32,000 bases of DNA from Ruminococcus albus 7 = DSM 20455 (GCF_000179635.2 NC_014833.1:2760001-2792000), one strand, 5' to 3'. Shown: positions 18,069-26,408, counted from the first letter of the stretch. Notes: generated by a model not told the origin, from the letters alone. Made by a program: numbers and translations.

Positions 18069-18097
18069 ATTATAGCACACAATATCCCATTTTGCAA
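18069..18097 (-). promoter_or_regulatory. gdhA promoter
   Basis: On the minus strand: TTGCAA (18092-18097), 17-nt spacer, TGcTATAAT (-10 at 18069-18074). Confidence 0.65.
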
Positions 18098-18397
18098 GTG
18101 TAAAAACAAAAAAATTCAGTTTCCGCACAATTTTTAGCTTATTAGAAATAAAACTGCGTAATTTCATCTTGATATTTATGCAATTAGTCGGAATAGTTCA
18201 GTATTTTTATATCGCAAAATAATACGCCAAAACATCTCAAACAAACTCAAAATGCCTATTCTGCAGGATTTTATTCAATTATGAATTTTAGAAATCCATT
18301 TCCTGCATTACAATGAACCTGCATTAGCCGCCGTGGTATTTCCTTGACTGTTACAACTGCGGATATCAAAAAATCATAGATTTTATTGCTATATATC

Positions 18398-18426
18398 TTT
18401 ACTTTTTGGAGTATATATGGTATACT
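18398..18426 (+). promoter_or_regulatory. Promoter of the NYN-domain gene leader
   Basis: TTTACT (18398-18403), 17-nt spacer, TGgTATACT (extended -10, hexamer 18421-18426). Confidence 0.5.
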
Positions 18427-18432
18427 ATCTGT

Positions 18433-18675
18433 GACGGTGCTGTATCTGCACCGAATCTGAAACGGACACGGCAGTGATGTCTGTCACTGCGGCAGCACGG
18501 ATATCTTTGTACCGACCGACTTATATCATATCCCTTCCCTTTCGCACAGGCGAATACTGACCCTGATGTGCGTCACGGGACGGCAGATGAAATGTCCGAA
18601 CGGTGCAGAGGTTCTGTGCGAGCCGATGCTGCACAGAACACTGCCTGTCCGTAAAAAACCGAAAGGACAAGACAG
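18433..18675 (+). promoter_or_regulatory. Long GC-rich structured 5' leader (candidate cis-regulatory RNA, family not recognised)
   Basis: About 240 nt between the promoter and ATG 18676, with no ORF. It is much more GC-rich than the AT-rich spacer upstream. Four clear helices: 18435-40/18448-53, 18471-77/18484-90, 18543-48/18567-72 and 18611-19/18631-39, the last extended by GCAG/CTGC. Confidence 0.4.
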
Positions 18676-20379
18676 ATGAAAATTTATCTTATCGACTTTG
18701 AAAACGTAAAGTCAAAGGGTCTTACAGGTATCGACAGCCTGACCGAGTATGACCGCGTGATCATATTTTACAGCGAGAATGCCGACACCATCAATTTCGA
18801 GATGCACCAGAAGGTGCTCATATCCAAAGCCGAGGTCGAGTATTTCAAGGTACACGTAGGCGGCAAGAACGCACTGGATTTCCAGCTTTCGACTCTGCTT
18901 GGATATCTGGTCAGCAAGAATTACTACAGCCATATATTCGTCATCAGTAATGACAAGAGTTTTGATTTCCTTCACGATTTCTGGCACGGCAAATACATAG
19001 CAGCACCCGATTGCATAGTTTACCGCACCAAGACCATAGCACAGGCTATCAATTATGCAGGCGGAAAGAAGCAGATAGTGCCCGACGATGACGATACCGA
19101 CACAGCCGTTTTCGGTGCCGCTGACGATACATCAGCCGAAAACTCAGCCGAAGATATCACAAAAGATATTCAGGCAGCAGAAGAAGTAAACGATACCAAG
19201 TCTGAAGCAGCCGAAACCGATACAGCACAGCCGGCTCCAAATAACGAAGCCGCTGAAAAGCCGCCTGTAATGAGTGCAGATCTGACCGAGAAACGCTCTC
19301 CCAAGCCGGCGCCCAAAAAGGAAAAGGCTCCTGTACAGGCTAAAAGAACTCAGCCCGATAAAGCTGAAGAATTCACTATCAGCGCAGAAGAGCTCAACGC
19401 TCTTGAAGCATCATTCAGCGCTTATTCCATCATAGATGTGAAAAAGAACGATAAAAAGACTGAGAGCAAGACAGAAAATATCCCCGAAAAGAAAACTGCG
19501 GATATCCCTGTGGAAAAGCCCTCAGCAGTTCCGGCAGCAAAAAAGGAAGCTGCCGCTGTCTGTGAGCCTGCCAAAGCAGAGCCGCCGACAAAGGAAGCAG
19601 TCAGTGAAAAGCCTGCCGATAAGCCCAAAGCAAAATCAAACGGTTTCTTCGCCGCTCTTAAAGAGATAATGAAAAAGACCGATTGCAAGGCTGAGATGAT
19701 AAACCATATTTCCCAGCTGCTCATTAACTCCGATACCAAAGAGGAGTTCCACAACGCTCTCGCCAAGGATTACAAGCAGGATGCCACCGAGCTTTATAAG
19801 CTGCTGCGTCCCAAGTATCTCAGACTCAGAGAGATGTATGCTGCCGAGCACCCGGGATTTGTAACAGCGCCAACTGCAGATACTGCTCCTGTCAAGGCTG
19901 AAACTACCGTCAAGACCGAAGCTCCTGCAAAACCTGCATCCGAACCCAAGGCAGATATCTCCGTTCCCGAAACGGAAAAGCCTGCCGAGCAGACCTCCGA
20001 AAAAGCCGAGGCTCCTGCCGCAGCTGAGGAAAAGCCCGCAAAGAAGAAGACCAGGAGTACTAAAGCCAAAACCGCCAAGGCAGCTAGATCCGAGGAGGAT
20101 AAAAAGCCTGCCAAGACAGCAAAGCCGCGAACCAAAAAGAAAGCCGCATCCGATACAGCCTCTCCCGATGTGAACACTCAGACAAAGAGCCTCGATCAGC
20201 TCCTTGACGGCAAGTGTTCCCCCGAGGAGATCGAGCTTATCCGCCAGCTTTTCAGAGAAGTACCCTCACGCCAGCAGCTCTACATACGCATGATAAAGCT
20301 GTTCGGCAAAAAGGAAGGCTGTGTTTATTACAATGCGATAAAGGCTGAGTACGAAACACTGCGCGAAGCAATAAAGTAA
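18676..20379 (+). CDS. NYN/LabA-like (PIN-fold) domain protein with a long P/A/K/E-rich low-complexity region
   Basis: The N-terminal ~130 aa read IYLIDFENV...VGGKNALDFQL...FVISNDKSFDF, which resembles NYN-domain catalytic blocks. They are followed by about 300 aa of disordered PAKE-rich sequence interrupted by one short helical module, with a second such module at the C-terminus. AAAGGA RBS. Confidence 0.6.
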   Translation: MKIYLIDFENVKSKGLTGIDSLTEYDRVIIFYSENADTINFEMHQKVLISKAEVEYFKVHVGGKNALDFQLSTLLGYLVSKNYYSHIFVISNDKSFDFLHDFWHGKYIAAPDCIVYRTKTIAQAINYAGGKKQIVPDDDDTDTAVFGAADDTSAENSAEDITKDIQAAEEVNDTKSEAAETDTAQPAPNNEAAEKPPVMSADLTEKRSPKPAPKKEKAPVQAKRTQPDKAEEFTISAEELNALEASFSAYSIIDVKKNDKKTESKTENIPEKKTADIPVEKPSAVPAAKKEAAAVCEPAKAEPPTKEAVSEKPADKPKAKSNGFFAALKEIMKKTDCKAEMINHISQLLINSDTKEEFHNALAKDYKQDATELYKLLRPKYLRLREMYAAEHPGFVTAPTADTAPVKAETTVKTEAPAKPASEPKADISVPETEKPAEQTSEKAEAPAAAEEKPAKKKTRSTKAKTAKAARSEEDKKPAKTAKPRTKKKAASDTASPDVNTQTKSLDQLLDGKCSPEEIELIRQLFREVPSRQQLYIRMIKLFGKKEGCVYYNAIKAEYETLREAIK

Positions 20380-20386
20380 TTAAAAT

Positions 20387-20410
20387 ATCCCCCGTCAGCC
20401 GACGGGGGAT
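20387..20410 (+). terminator. Stem-loop or terminator between the NYN-domain gene and uvrC
   Basis: Perfect 10-bp stem ATCCCCCGTC (20387-20396) / GACGGGGGAT (20401-20410) with loop AGCC. The U-tract is weak (AATTCTTG). Confidence 0.5.
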
Positions 20411-20430
20411 AATTCTTGAATGGAGGATAT

Positions 20431-22275
20431 ATGCATATCACCGAAGAACACAATCCCCGCCTGCCCTACCTGCGGGACAAGACCTCAAAGCTTACCACTT
20501 CACCCGGGGTATATATAATGAAGGACAAAAGCGGTAAGATAATATATATCGGCAAGGCGAAGAACCTGCACAACCGCGTAAATTCATATTTCCGCAAAGG
20601 ACAGGATCATCTGCCGAAGGTGTGGAAAATGGTATCCAATGTCAACGACTACGAATTCATAGTGACAGACAGTGAATTTGAAGCCCTCGTACTTGAATGC
20701 TCCCTTATTAAAATGCACACCCCGAAATACAACATTCTTCTGAAAGATGACAAGGGCTACAGCTATATCCGCGTGACTGACGAGCCGTATCCGCGCATAC
20801 AAGCGGTTTTGCAGAAATCCGATGACAGTGCCGAATATATCGGGCCATATACCAGTTCATTCACCGTGAAACAAGCGGTAGAAGAAGCAAACCGCGTGTT
20901 CAGATTGCCCACCTGTACAAAAATATTCCCTCGCGATATCAAAAAGCAGCGTCCCTGCCTTAACTACCATATCAAACGCTGCATGGGTGTCTGTACAGGT
21001 GAATTCAGCGAGGAGGAATACCGCAGCATCGTTTCTCAGGCAGTTGACTATATCAAAAACGGTTCATCCAGTTCAGTTGAACGTCTTACCGAAGAAATGG
21101 AACGTGCCGCCGAAAACCTTGAATTTGAACTTGCAGCCAGGCTGCGTGACAGGATAACTGCCATACAGAAAGCTGCCGAGAGCCAGAAGGTCATTGATGA
21201 AACCATTCCCGACTGTGATATCATCGCCATATCACAGAGTGCGGATATCGCCTGCGCAAGTGTTATAATGTACCGCGGCGGACGACTGACCGACAAGGCA
21301 GATTACTTCCTCGGCGACCGCTCAGAACCTGCTGCGATGATGGAAGAATTCGTCCTCAGCTTCTATGCCATGAAGGATGACGCACCAAAAACTATCATTC
21401 TCGAAGAAGACCCCACGGATATCCTTATGCTTGAGCAGTATCTCCGCGAGAAATATGACCACGCCGTTCACGTAAGTGTACCAAAAAGAGGACATTTATT
21501 AAGACTATCCACAATGGCAAAAAATAACGCCAACGCATTTATATCCGTCCGCGTAGGCAGAACAGGACGCGAAGTCGCAGGGCTGGACGAACTGGCAAGG
21601 GCGCTTGGCATGGAAAAACCGCCCCGCTTCATCGAATGCTACGATATTTCCAATCTGGCATCCACCGATATGGTGGCTGGTATGGTAGTATTTGAAAACG
21701 GCAGACCATGCCGCAAAAACTATCGCAAATTCAGTATAAAGACCGTCTTTGAGCAAAACGACTACGCCTGCATGACCGAGGTCATCGAACGACGTTTTGC
21801 CGAATACAAAAAAGGCACCGATGACGGTTTCGCACAGCTTCCCGACCTGATACTCCTTGACGGCGGCAACGGTCACGTAAACACCATAAGACCTGTTCTT
21901 GAACGTCTTGGTATAAGTGTACCCCTGTACGGTCTTGTAAAGGACGACCGCCACCGTACACGCGCCATAGCTACAGGCAGCGGAGAGATATCCCTGCTGA
22001 AAAGCCGCGCCGCCTTCGCACTGGTAACGCAGATACAGGATGAAGTCCACCGCGTAGCAATAAGCTACCAGCGCTCAAAGCGCAGAAAGACTGCTTTCAG
22101 TCTTGAACTCACTTCCGTAAGGGGCGTGGGCGAGAAAAAAGCCCAGAAGCTCATGCGCGAATTCAAAACAAAGGAAGCTCTGAAAAAAGCATCCGCCGAG
22201 GAACTCCGTGCAGTGGCTGGCATAAGTGCCGATACCGCAGCAGAGCTCAAAAAGATAATAGATGAAATGAGTTGA
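20431..22275 (+). CDS. uvrC: Excinuclease ABC subunit C
   Basis: GIY-YIG N-terminus (PGVYIMKD..GKIIYIGKAKNLHNRVNSYF), UVR motif (ELAARLRDRITAIQK) and C-terminal (HhH)2. Start ATG 20431 follows GGAGGA; the tracked TTG is 5 codons upstream. Confidence 0.95.
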   Translation: MHITEEHNPRLPYLRDKTSKLTTSPGVYIMKDKSGKIIYIGKAKNLHNRVNSYFRKGQDHLPKVWKMVSNVNDYEFIVTDSEFEALVLECSLIKMHTPKYNILLKDDKGYSYIRVTDEPYPRIQAVLQKSDDSAEYIGPYTSSFTVKQAVEEANRVFRLPTCTKIFPRDIKKQRPCLNYHIKRCMGVCTGEFSEEEYRSIVSQAVDYIKNGSSSSVERLTEEMERAAENLEFELAARLRDRITAIQKAAESQKVIDETIPDCDIIAISQSADIACASVIMYRGGRLTDKADYFLGDRSEPAAMMEEFVLSFYAMKDDAPKTIILEEDPTDILMLEQYLREKYDHAVHVSVPKRGHLLRLSTMAKNNANAFISVRVGRTGREVAGLDELARALGMEKPPRFIECYDISNLASTDMVAGMVVFENGRPCRKNYRKFSIKTVFEQNDYACMTEVIERRFAEYKKGTDDGFAQLPDLILLDGGNGHVNTIRPVLERLGISVPLYGLVKDDRHRTRAIATGSGEISLLKSRAAFALVTQIQDEVHRVAISYQRSKRRKTAFSLELTSVRGVGEKKAQKLMREFKTKEALKKASAEELRAVAGISADTAAELKKIIDEMS

Positions 22276-22279
22276 TATT

Positions 22280-22690
22280 ATGGTAAGAGAAATAGTACAC
22301 GATGTTATATTCCTGAAAAAGAAGTCCATAAAAGCGGACAAGAACGATGTAGATATAATCACAGACCTCCGGGATACCCTGAAAGCAAACCACGACCGCT
22401 GTGTAGGCATGGCAGCAAATATGATAGGCTTCAACAAGCGCATCATCATATTCACCGCAGGCATAATGGATATCGTTATGATAAATCCCGTGATAGTAAA
22501 GAAAGCCCAGCCCTACGAAACCGAGGAAGGCTGTCTTTCCCTTACAGGCGTCCGCAAGACAAAGCGCTGGGAAAAGATAACCGTTGAATATCAGGATACC
22601 TCATTCAACAAAAAGCGCGGTGATTTCACAGGCTTTGTAGCCCAGATAATCCAGCATGAATGCGACCATCTTGAAGGCATAATCATCTGA
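22280..22690 (+). CDS. def: Peptide deformylase
   Basis: 136 aa with the metal-binding motifs EGCLS and QHECDHLEG. Confidence 0.9.
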   Translation: MVREIVHDVIFLKKKSIKADKNDVDIITDLRDTLKANHDRCVGMAANMIGFNKRIIIFTAGIMDIVMINPVIVKKAQPYETEEGCLSLTGVRKTKRWEKITVEYQDTSFNKKRGDFTGFVAQIIQHECDHLEGIII

Positions 22691-22712
22691 TGTATAACAC
22701 AGCTATATATAC

Positions 22713-22748
22713 AAAAATACGAGCGTATGCACACCTATGCATACGCTC
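22713..22748. terminator. Bidirectional terminator between the convergent def and VOC genes
   Basis: 11-bp perfect stem GAGCGTATGCA (22721-22731) / TGCATACGCTC (22738-22748). The A-run on the left gives a T-run on the minus strand. Confidence 0.65.
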
Positions 22749-22805
22749 ATACTATGTCCGTATATTATTTCCCGCCTGCGATATCAATGCCGTCAGCAGA
22801 ATACA

Positions 22806-23183
22806 TCACTTCTCACAGAACAACTCTATCTCCTCACCAAGGGCACCATAGAAGAAAGCCATTCTTGCAGGCAGCGGAGGTTCAGAAGGTATACAGATAT
22901 CACTCGGTTCTTTAAACACCTCGTATCCTGCTTCACGTACACTCTCTATAATAGTATCAACATCATCCACAGCAAACGCAAAATGCCGTACAGCACCTGT
23001 TGTCTTGATTCCCTCTCCGTTTGTGAATACCTCGATAAGACAGTTTCCCGCATCGAACATCACTCCGTCGCACCATTCACGCTTAACTTCAAGACCCAGT
23101 ATACCCGAATACAGTTCCCTTACCTTCTCCAGTTCATCTCCTCCGTGACATTTCAGCGAAATATGATGTATACCCTTTATCAC
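22806..23183 (-). CDS. VOC (glyoxalase / bleomycin-resistance / dioxygenase) family protein
   Basis: 125 aa. GIHHISLKC...YSGILGLEV...RHFAFAVDD is typical of VOC beta-alpha-beta-beta-beta modules. GTG start after GAGGTGG. Confidence 0.7.
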   Translation of the reverse strand: MIKGIHHISLKCHGGDELEKVRELYSGILGLEVKREWCDGVMFDAGNCLIEVFTNGEGIKTTGAVRHFAFAVDDVDTIIESVREAGYEVFKEPSDICIPSEPPLPARMAFFYGALGEEIELFCEK

Positions 23184-23206
23184 GTTACCACCTCGTTATT
23201 ATAGTA

Positions 23207-23239
23207 TAAAAAAGAGTGATGATCATATAATCATCACTC
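23207..23239 (-). terminator. Terminator of the tRNA operon
   Basis: 10-bp stem GAGTGATGAT (23214-23223) / ATCATCACTC (23230-23239), followed on the minus strand by TTTTTT. It sits directly after tRNA-Cys. Confidence 0.7.
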
Positions 23240-23241
23240 AG

Positions 23242-23312
23242 AGGCGCCACCCAGATTTGAACTGGGGATCAGGGTGTTGCAGACCCACGCCTTACCACTT
23301 GGCTATAGCGCC
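23242..23312 (-). tRNA. tRNA-Cys (GCA)
   Basis: Reverse complement GGCGCTATAGCCAAGTGGTAAGGCGTGGGTCTGCAACACCCTGATCCCCAGTTCAAATCTGGGTGGCGCCT folds as a cloverleaf. Anticodon loop CTGCAAC. Confidence 0.9.
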
Positions 23313-23321
23313 ATAAAAAAG

Positions 23322-23394
23322 AGCGGATTACGAGGCTCGAACTCGCTACCTCCACCTTGGCAAGGTGGCGCTCTACCAGATGAGCTAAATCCGC
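23322..23394 (-). tRNA. tRNA-Gly (GCC)
   Basis: Reverse complement GCGGATTTAGCTCATCTGGTAGAGCGCCACCTTGCCAAGGTGGAGGTAGCGAGTTCGAGCCTCGTAATCCGCT. Anticodon stem-loop CCACC-TTGCCAA-GGTGG. Confidence 0.9.
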
Positions 23395-23433
23395 AAGTGC
23401 CAATATTTTATTGACAGTGCCTTTCGACACAAG

Positions 23434-23507
23434 CGACCCGGATGAGACTCGAACTCACGACCTCCGCCGTGACAGGGCGGCGTTCTAACCAACTGAACTA
23501 CCGGGCC
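23434..23507 (-). tRNA. tRNA-Asp (GTC)
   Basis: Reverse complement GGCCCGGTAGTTCAGTTGGTTAGAACGCCGCCCTGTCACGGCGGAGGTCGTGAGTTCGAGTCTCATCCGGGTCG. Anticodon loop CTGTCAC. Confidence 0.9.
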
Positions 23508-23532
23508 GTAAGAGTTTTATTCAAACTCTTGA

Positions 23533-23608
23533 TGGTGGGGACTACAGGGCTCGAACCTGTGACCCTCTGCTTGTAAGGCAGATGCTCTCCCAGCTGAGCT
23601 AAACCCCC
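23533..23608 (-). tRNA. tRNA-Val (TAC), CCA encoded
   Basis: Reverse complement GGGGGTTTAGCTCAGCTGGGAGAGCATCTGCCTTACAAGCAGAGGGTCACAGGTTCGAGCCCTGTAGTCCCCACCA. Anticodon loop CTTACAA. Confidence 0.9.
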
Positions 23609-23664
23609 ATTTTGCTGGACTTTGTGAGGTTTTCGTTTTTGTTTTGTCCCTCACAACAGTATCT

Positions 23665-23693
23665 ATTATACACCATTACAAGTGATTTGTCAA
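23665..23693 (-). promoter_or_regulatory. Consensus promoter of the tRNA operon (proximal)
   Basis: On the minus strand: TTGACA (23688-23693), 17-nt spacer, TATAAT (23665-23670). A long A/T-rich UP-like tract lies upstream (23700-23750). Confidence 0.75.
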
Positions 23694-23867
23694 CCCCTTT
23701 TTTCAAAAAAAATAATATTTTTTTATTTTAATTTTTTAACCCTGAGTTAACTTTATTTTCGGCACAAGATCCACGATCACTGCCCCTTTTTCAATATAAA
23801 AGGAAGAGCTCACGTTCACTGCATTCCGCAGATCACATGAGCCTTGTTCCAATGTTCGACTAAGCAT

Positions 23868-23896
23868 ATTATATACTATAGCAAGTGAATCGTCAA
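23868..23896 (-). promoter_or_regulatory. Second, distal near-consensus promoter upstream of the tRNA operon
   Basis: On the minus strand: TTGACG (23891-23896), 17-nt spacer, TATAAT (23868-23873). It lies just downstream of the hslO stop. Confidence 0.5.
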
Positions 23897-23912
23897 GCTT
23901 ACAGCAGCTGGT

Positions 23913-24791
23913 TTATTCCTTACTTTCTGCTATCAGCTTGCGCACCTCATCAGGGGTAAAGGTATACTCCTTTCCGCAGAAGTGACATTTGATATCAACG
24001 TTGCCGTCCTTTATGATATCATTGAGCTCCGCCTCGCCAAGAGATATCAGAACCCTCTCCGTTCTCTCACGCGAGCAGTCACAGCGATACTCTACCTTGA
24101 AATCATCAAGCACATTAGGCTCAAGACCTTCAAGCGCCATAAGTGCTATCTCATCGGTAGTCCTGCCGTCTTCCATAAGCTTGGTCACAGACTGCATAGC
24201 CTGAATATTCTTCTCGATCTGAGTGATTATCTCATCACTTGCGAAAGGGAGCACCTGTATCAGGAAACCGCCTGCGTTCTTTACTGTCAGATCAGCGTTG
24301 ACCAGTACACCAAGAGCGCACACGCTTGGCACCTGCTCGCTCTGAGCAAGGTAGGCTGTTATATCCTCAGCTATCTCGCCGCTGATAAGGGGCACCTGTC
24401 CGACATATGGTTCTTTAAGACCAAGGTCTTTTATAACTGTGATAGTGCCGTCCGTACCGACTGCACCTGCAACATCAAGCTTGCCTATGGCATTAGGCGG
24501 AAGTTCGACCACGGGCTGCATAACATCAGCCTTTACGTTGCCGTAGCTGTCAGCGACCGCTATCAGCTGACCTGCAGGTCCGCCGCCTTCTATCTTAACG
24601 GTTATCTTGTCGTCCTCGCCCTTCATGCCGAAGCCCATAAGCGAAGTACCCATAGCAAGTCTGCCCAGCGCGGCTGTTACCACCGCCGAGGACTCATGCA
24701 CACGCTCTATCTCCTCAACTATATCCTTGCCGTCAATGGCAGAGCATACCACCGAAGCATCCTTTGATATTGCTCTTACAATTCTTCCCAA
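23913..24791 (-). CDS. hslO: Hsp33 redox-regulated chaperone
   Basis: 292 aa with the C-terminal zinc centre CDCS...CHFCG and Hsp33-like N-terminal blocks. Confidence 0.9.
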   Translation of the reverse strand: MGRIVRAISKDASVVCSAIDGKDIVEEIERVHESSAVVTAALGRLAMGTSLMGFGMKGEDDKITVKIEGGGPAGQLIAVADSYGNVKADVMQPVVELPPNAIGKLDVAGAVGTDGTITVIKDLGLKEPYVGQVPLISGEIAEDITAYLAQSEQVPSVCALGVLVNADLTVKNAGGFLIQVLPFASDEIITQIEKNIQAMQSVTKLMEDGRTTDEIALMALEGLEPNVLDDFKVEYRCDCSRERTERVLISLGEAELNDIIKDGNVDIKCHFCGKEYTFTPDEVRKLIAESKE

Positions 24792-24815
24792 TTTAACTAT
24801 CTCCTAATCTAAAAA

Positions 24816-25190
24816 TCATATGAAAGGCATGATACCGCCATATGCCAGAAATACTCTGAGTATGAGCGACACTATCGTTGCTGCGATCAGAGTTTTCATA
24901 TACCTACGAAGTCTCGCTGAACACTTTATCCCGACACCAACACACGATACAATTCCGCACAAAGGACTTAACAGCGCACATATACAAAGCATTGTAAACA
25001 TACGATCCACATCTTTTATTGACAGATCAGCGGTGGTATTTCGGTTTGAGATCTCTTCATGCTTTTTGCGTTCAAGCAATTCCTTTGCCCGCTCAATTTC
25101 TTCTTCAGAATACAAATCTCTTTGTTCATTAATTATTAGTTCCAGATCCGAAATATCATATTCTTCAAAATCAGTATATTTATCTTCCAT
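24816..25190 (-). CDS. Small membrane protein of unknown function (acidic N-terminal region, two predicted TM helices)
   Basis: 124-aa ORF in an operon-like position between the methyltransferase gene and hslO. Hydrophobic segments MFTMLCICALLSPLCGIVSCVGVGI and LIAATIVSLILRVFLAYGGI. Confidence 0.55.
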   Translation of the reverse strand: MEDKYTDFEEYDISDLELIINEQRDLYSEEEIERAKELLERKKHEEISNRNTTADLSIKDVDRMFTMLCICALLSPLCGIVSCVGVGIKCSARLRRYMKTLIAATIVSLILRVFLAYGGIMPFI

Positions 25191-25219
25191 CGACTTACCC
25201 TCTAAGTGCTTATATCTAT

Positions 25220-25972
25220 TTATAATCCCCTAGGCTTACGCCTGAAAACATAAAGTTCACGCTGAGTAGTATCGCATGGCGGATCATTTGTCAGCCCGTC
25301 GTATACTCCTATCTGTTCAAAGTCATACTCCTCCGCCGTCTCCTCGATAAGGTCACGCGGTAGCAGTATCTCACTGATGTACTCGCTCTCACGGGTGTAG
25401 CTGCCGTCCTCTTTTTCAGCAAAGAAATCCAATGCGATATCCACCCTGCCGTCTGCGCGGCAGTTATTCCTCCATGCACAGAACAGCCCGTCAAGTTCAT
25501 AGACGAAACAGTTATCGCCCAGTACCTCACGGTGCTTGTACTCGGTATTCACATCAAATATAAACAGCCCGCCGTCACAGGTGAACATTGAAGCACGCTC
25601 CACAGTCCTGCGGAAAGCTTCCTCATTCGGCAGATGATTCATGCCGTCAAGAACGCATACTATCATATCCGCAGCGCCCCAGAGGTCAAGTTCCGACATA
25701 TCCTGGCATATATAGGTGATATCGCTGTCAGGTGTACGCTGTTCCTCAGCTTCCTCCAGCATATCCGCCGAGATATCCACACCGATAACGTCCAGCCCAA
25801 ACTTTTCAAGTTCACGGCAAAGTCTGCCAGTGCCGCAGCCCAGTTCAACGACTACCTCGTTCTCACTGCTGTATTCAAGCCCCAGCTGACGTATCCTTGC
25901 AGCTATCGCCCCATAGGGCACATCCTTCTGCAAGGCATCGTAATATCCGGCAAAGCTGCTGTAGCCGTTCAT
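25220..25972 (-). CDS. Class I SAM-dependent methyltransferase
   Basis: Motif I VVELGCGTGRL followed by an acidic residue (GVDIS). Its start overlaps the upstream gene's stop by 4 nt (25969-25972). Confidence 0.8.
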   Translation of the reverse strand: MNGYSSFAGYYDALQKDVPYGAIAARIRQLGLEYSSENEVVVELGCGTGRLCRELEKFGLDVIGVDISADMLEEAEEQRTPDSDITYICQDMSELDLWGAADMIVCVLDGMNHLPNEEAFRRTVERASMFTCDGGLFIFDVNTEYKHREVLGDNCFVYELDGLFCAWRNNCRADGRVDIALDFFAEKEDGSYTRESEYISEILLPRDLIEETAEEYDFEQIGVYDGLTNDPPCDTTQRELYVFRRKPRGL

Positions 25973-26277
25973 TCCTCGGATCCCTTTTTCTTCTCCAGCC
26001 TGTCGAAGACTATGTTATATCCGCCGCTGCCGTCATAGGAAAGCGACCTGTTCACACGGCTGATTGTAGCCGTAGAAGCCCCTGTCTCCTTGACGATATC
26101 GCTGTATACGTGCTTGTCTGTCAGCATCCTGGCTACCTGAAAGCGCTGTGAAAAGCTCTTCAGCTCAGGAACGGTACACAGATCTTTAAAGAAAAGCCTG
26201 CACTCATCAAGAGTTTCCAGGCATAGTATCGCTTCGTAAAGCTCATCAAGATTTGCTATCTCTAATTTATCACGCAT
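25969..26277 (-). CDS. yerC: YerC/YecD-family TrpR-like DNA-binding protein
   Basis: The sequence ...LCTVPELKSFSQRFQVARMLTDKHVYSDIVKETGASTATISRVNRSL matches the family hallmark. The preferred start is ATG 26277, 8 nt after AGGAG; the tracked ORF starts at 26346 inside the promoter/att region. Confidence 0.7.
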   Translation of the reverse strand: MRDKLEIANLDELYEAILCLETLDECRLFFKDLCTVPELKSFSQRFQVARMLTDKHVYSDIVKETGASTATISRVNRSLSYDGSGGYNIVFDRLEKKKGSEE

Positions 26278-26336
26278 AAAAAACACTCCTTTACATCTAC
26301 TGTTTTTCATATTGTAAAGTGCTAAATCACAATTAT

Positions 26337-26365
26337 ATTTTAGCACATTACAGCGTAAATGTCAA
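26337..26365 (-). promoter_or_regulatory. Promoter of the yerC-like operon spanning the attL junction
   Basis: On the minus strand: TTGACA (26360-26365), 17-nt spacer, TGcTAAAAT (-10 at 26337-26342). The -35 box is half repeat core and half element DNA. Confidence 0.5.
26344..26362 (+). repeat. attL core CACATTACAGCGTAAATGT
   Basis: Identical 19-mer at 31686-31704. Extending by four bases (CAAG here, AAAG at attR) gives 22 of 23 matches. Confidence 0.8.
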
Positions 26366-26408
26366 GAAGTGCTTATAAACATTTTTCATTAAAATCAAAT
26401 GCATTTTA

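Noticed and set aside
18540-18600. Resemblance of CGCACAGGCGAA...GGGACGGCAGA to the c-di-GMP-I (GEMM-I) riboswitch core
   Set aside because: Only fragments match. The conserved GGCAAA, GGGACGCAAAGCC and CCGG elements and the helix geometry are not reproduced. I leave it as an unassigned structured leader.
19422-20177. Several 70-127-aa minus-strand ORFs
   Set aside because: They are antisense to the PAKE-rich low-complexity part of the NYN-domain gene. Biased composition keeps the opposite frames open.
21505-22050. 181-aa minus-strand ORF
   Set aside because: It lies antisense within uvrC, with no independent signals.
23982-24767. 261-aa plus-strand ORF
   Set aside because: It lies antisense within hslO, whose Hsp33 motifs identify the real frame. 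It is a shadow ORF.
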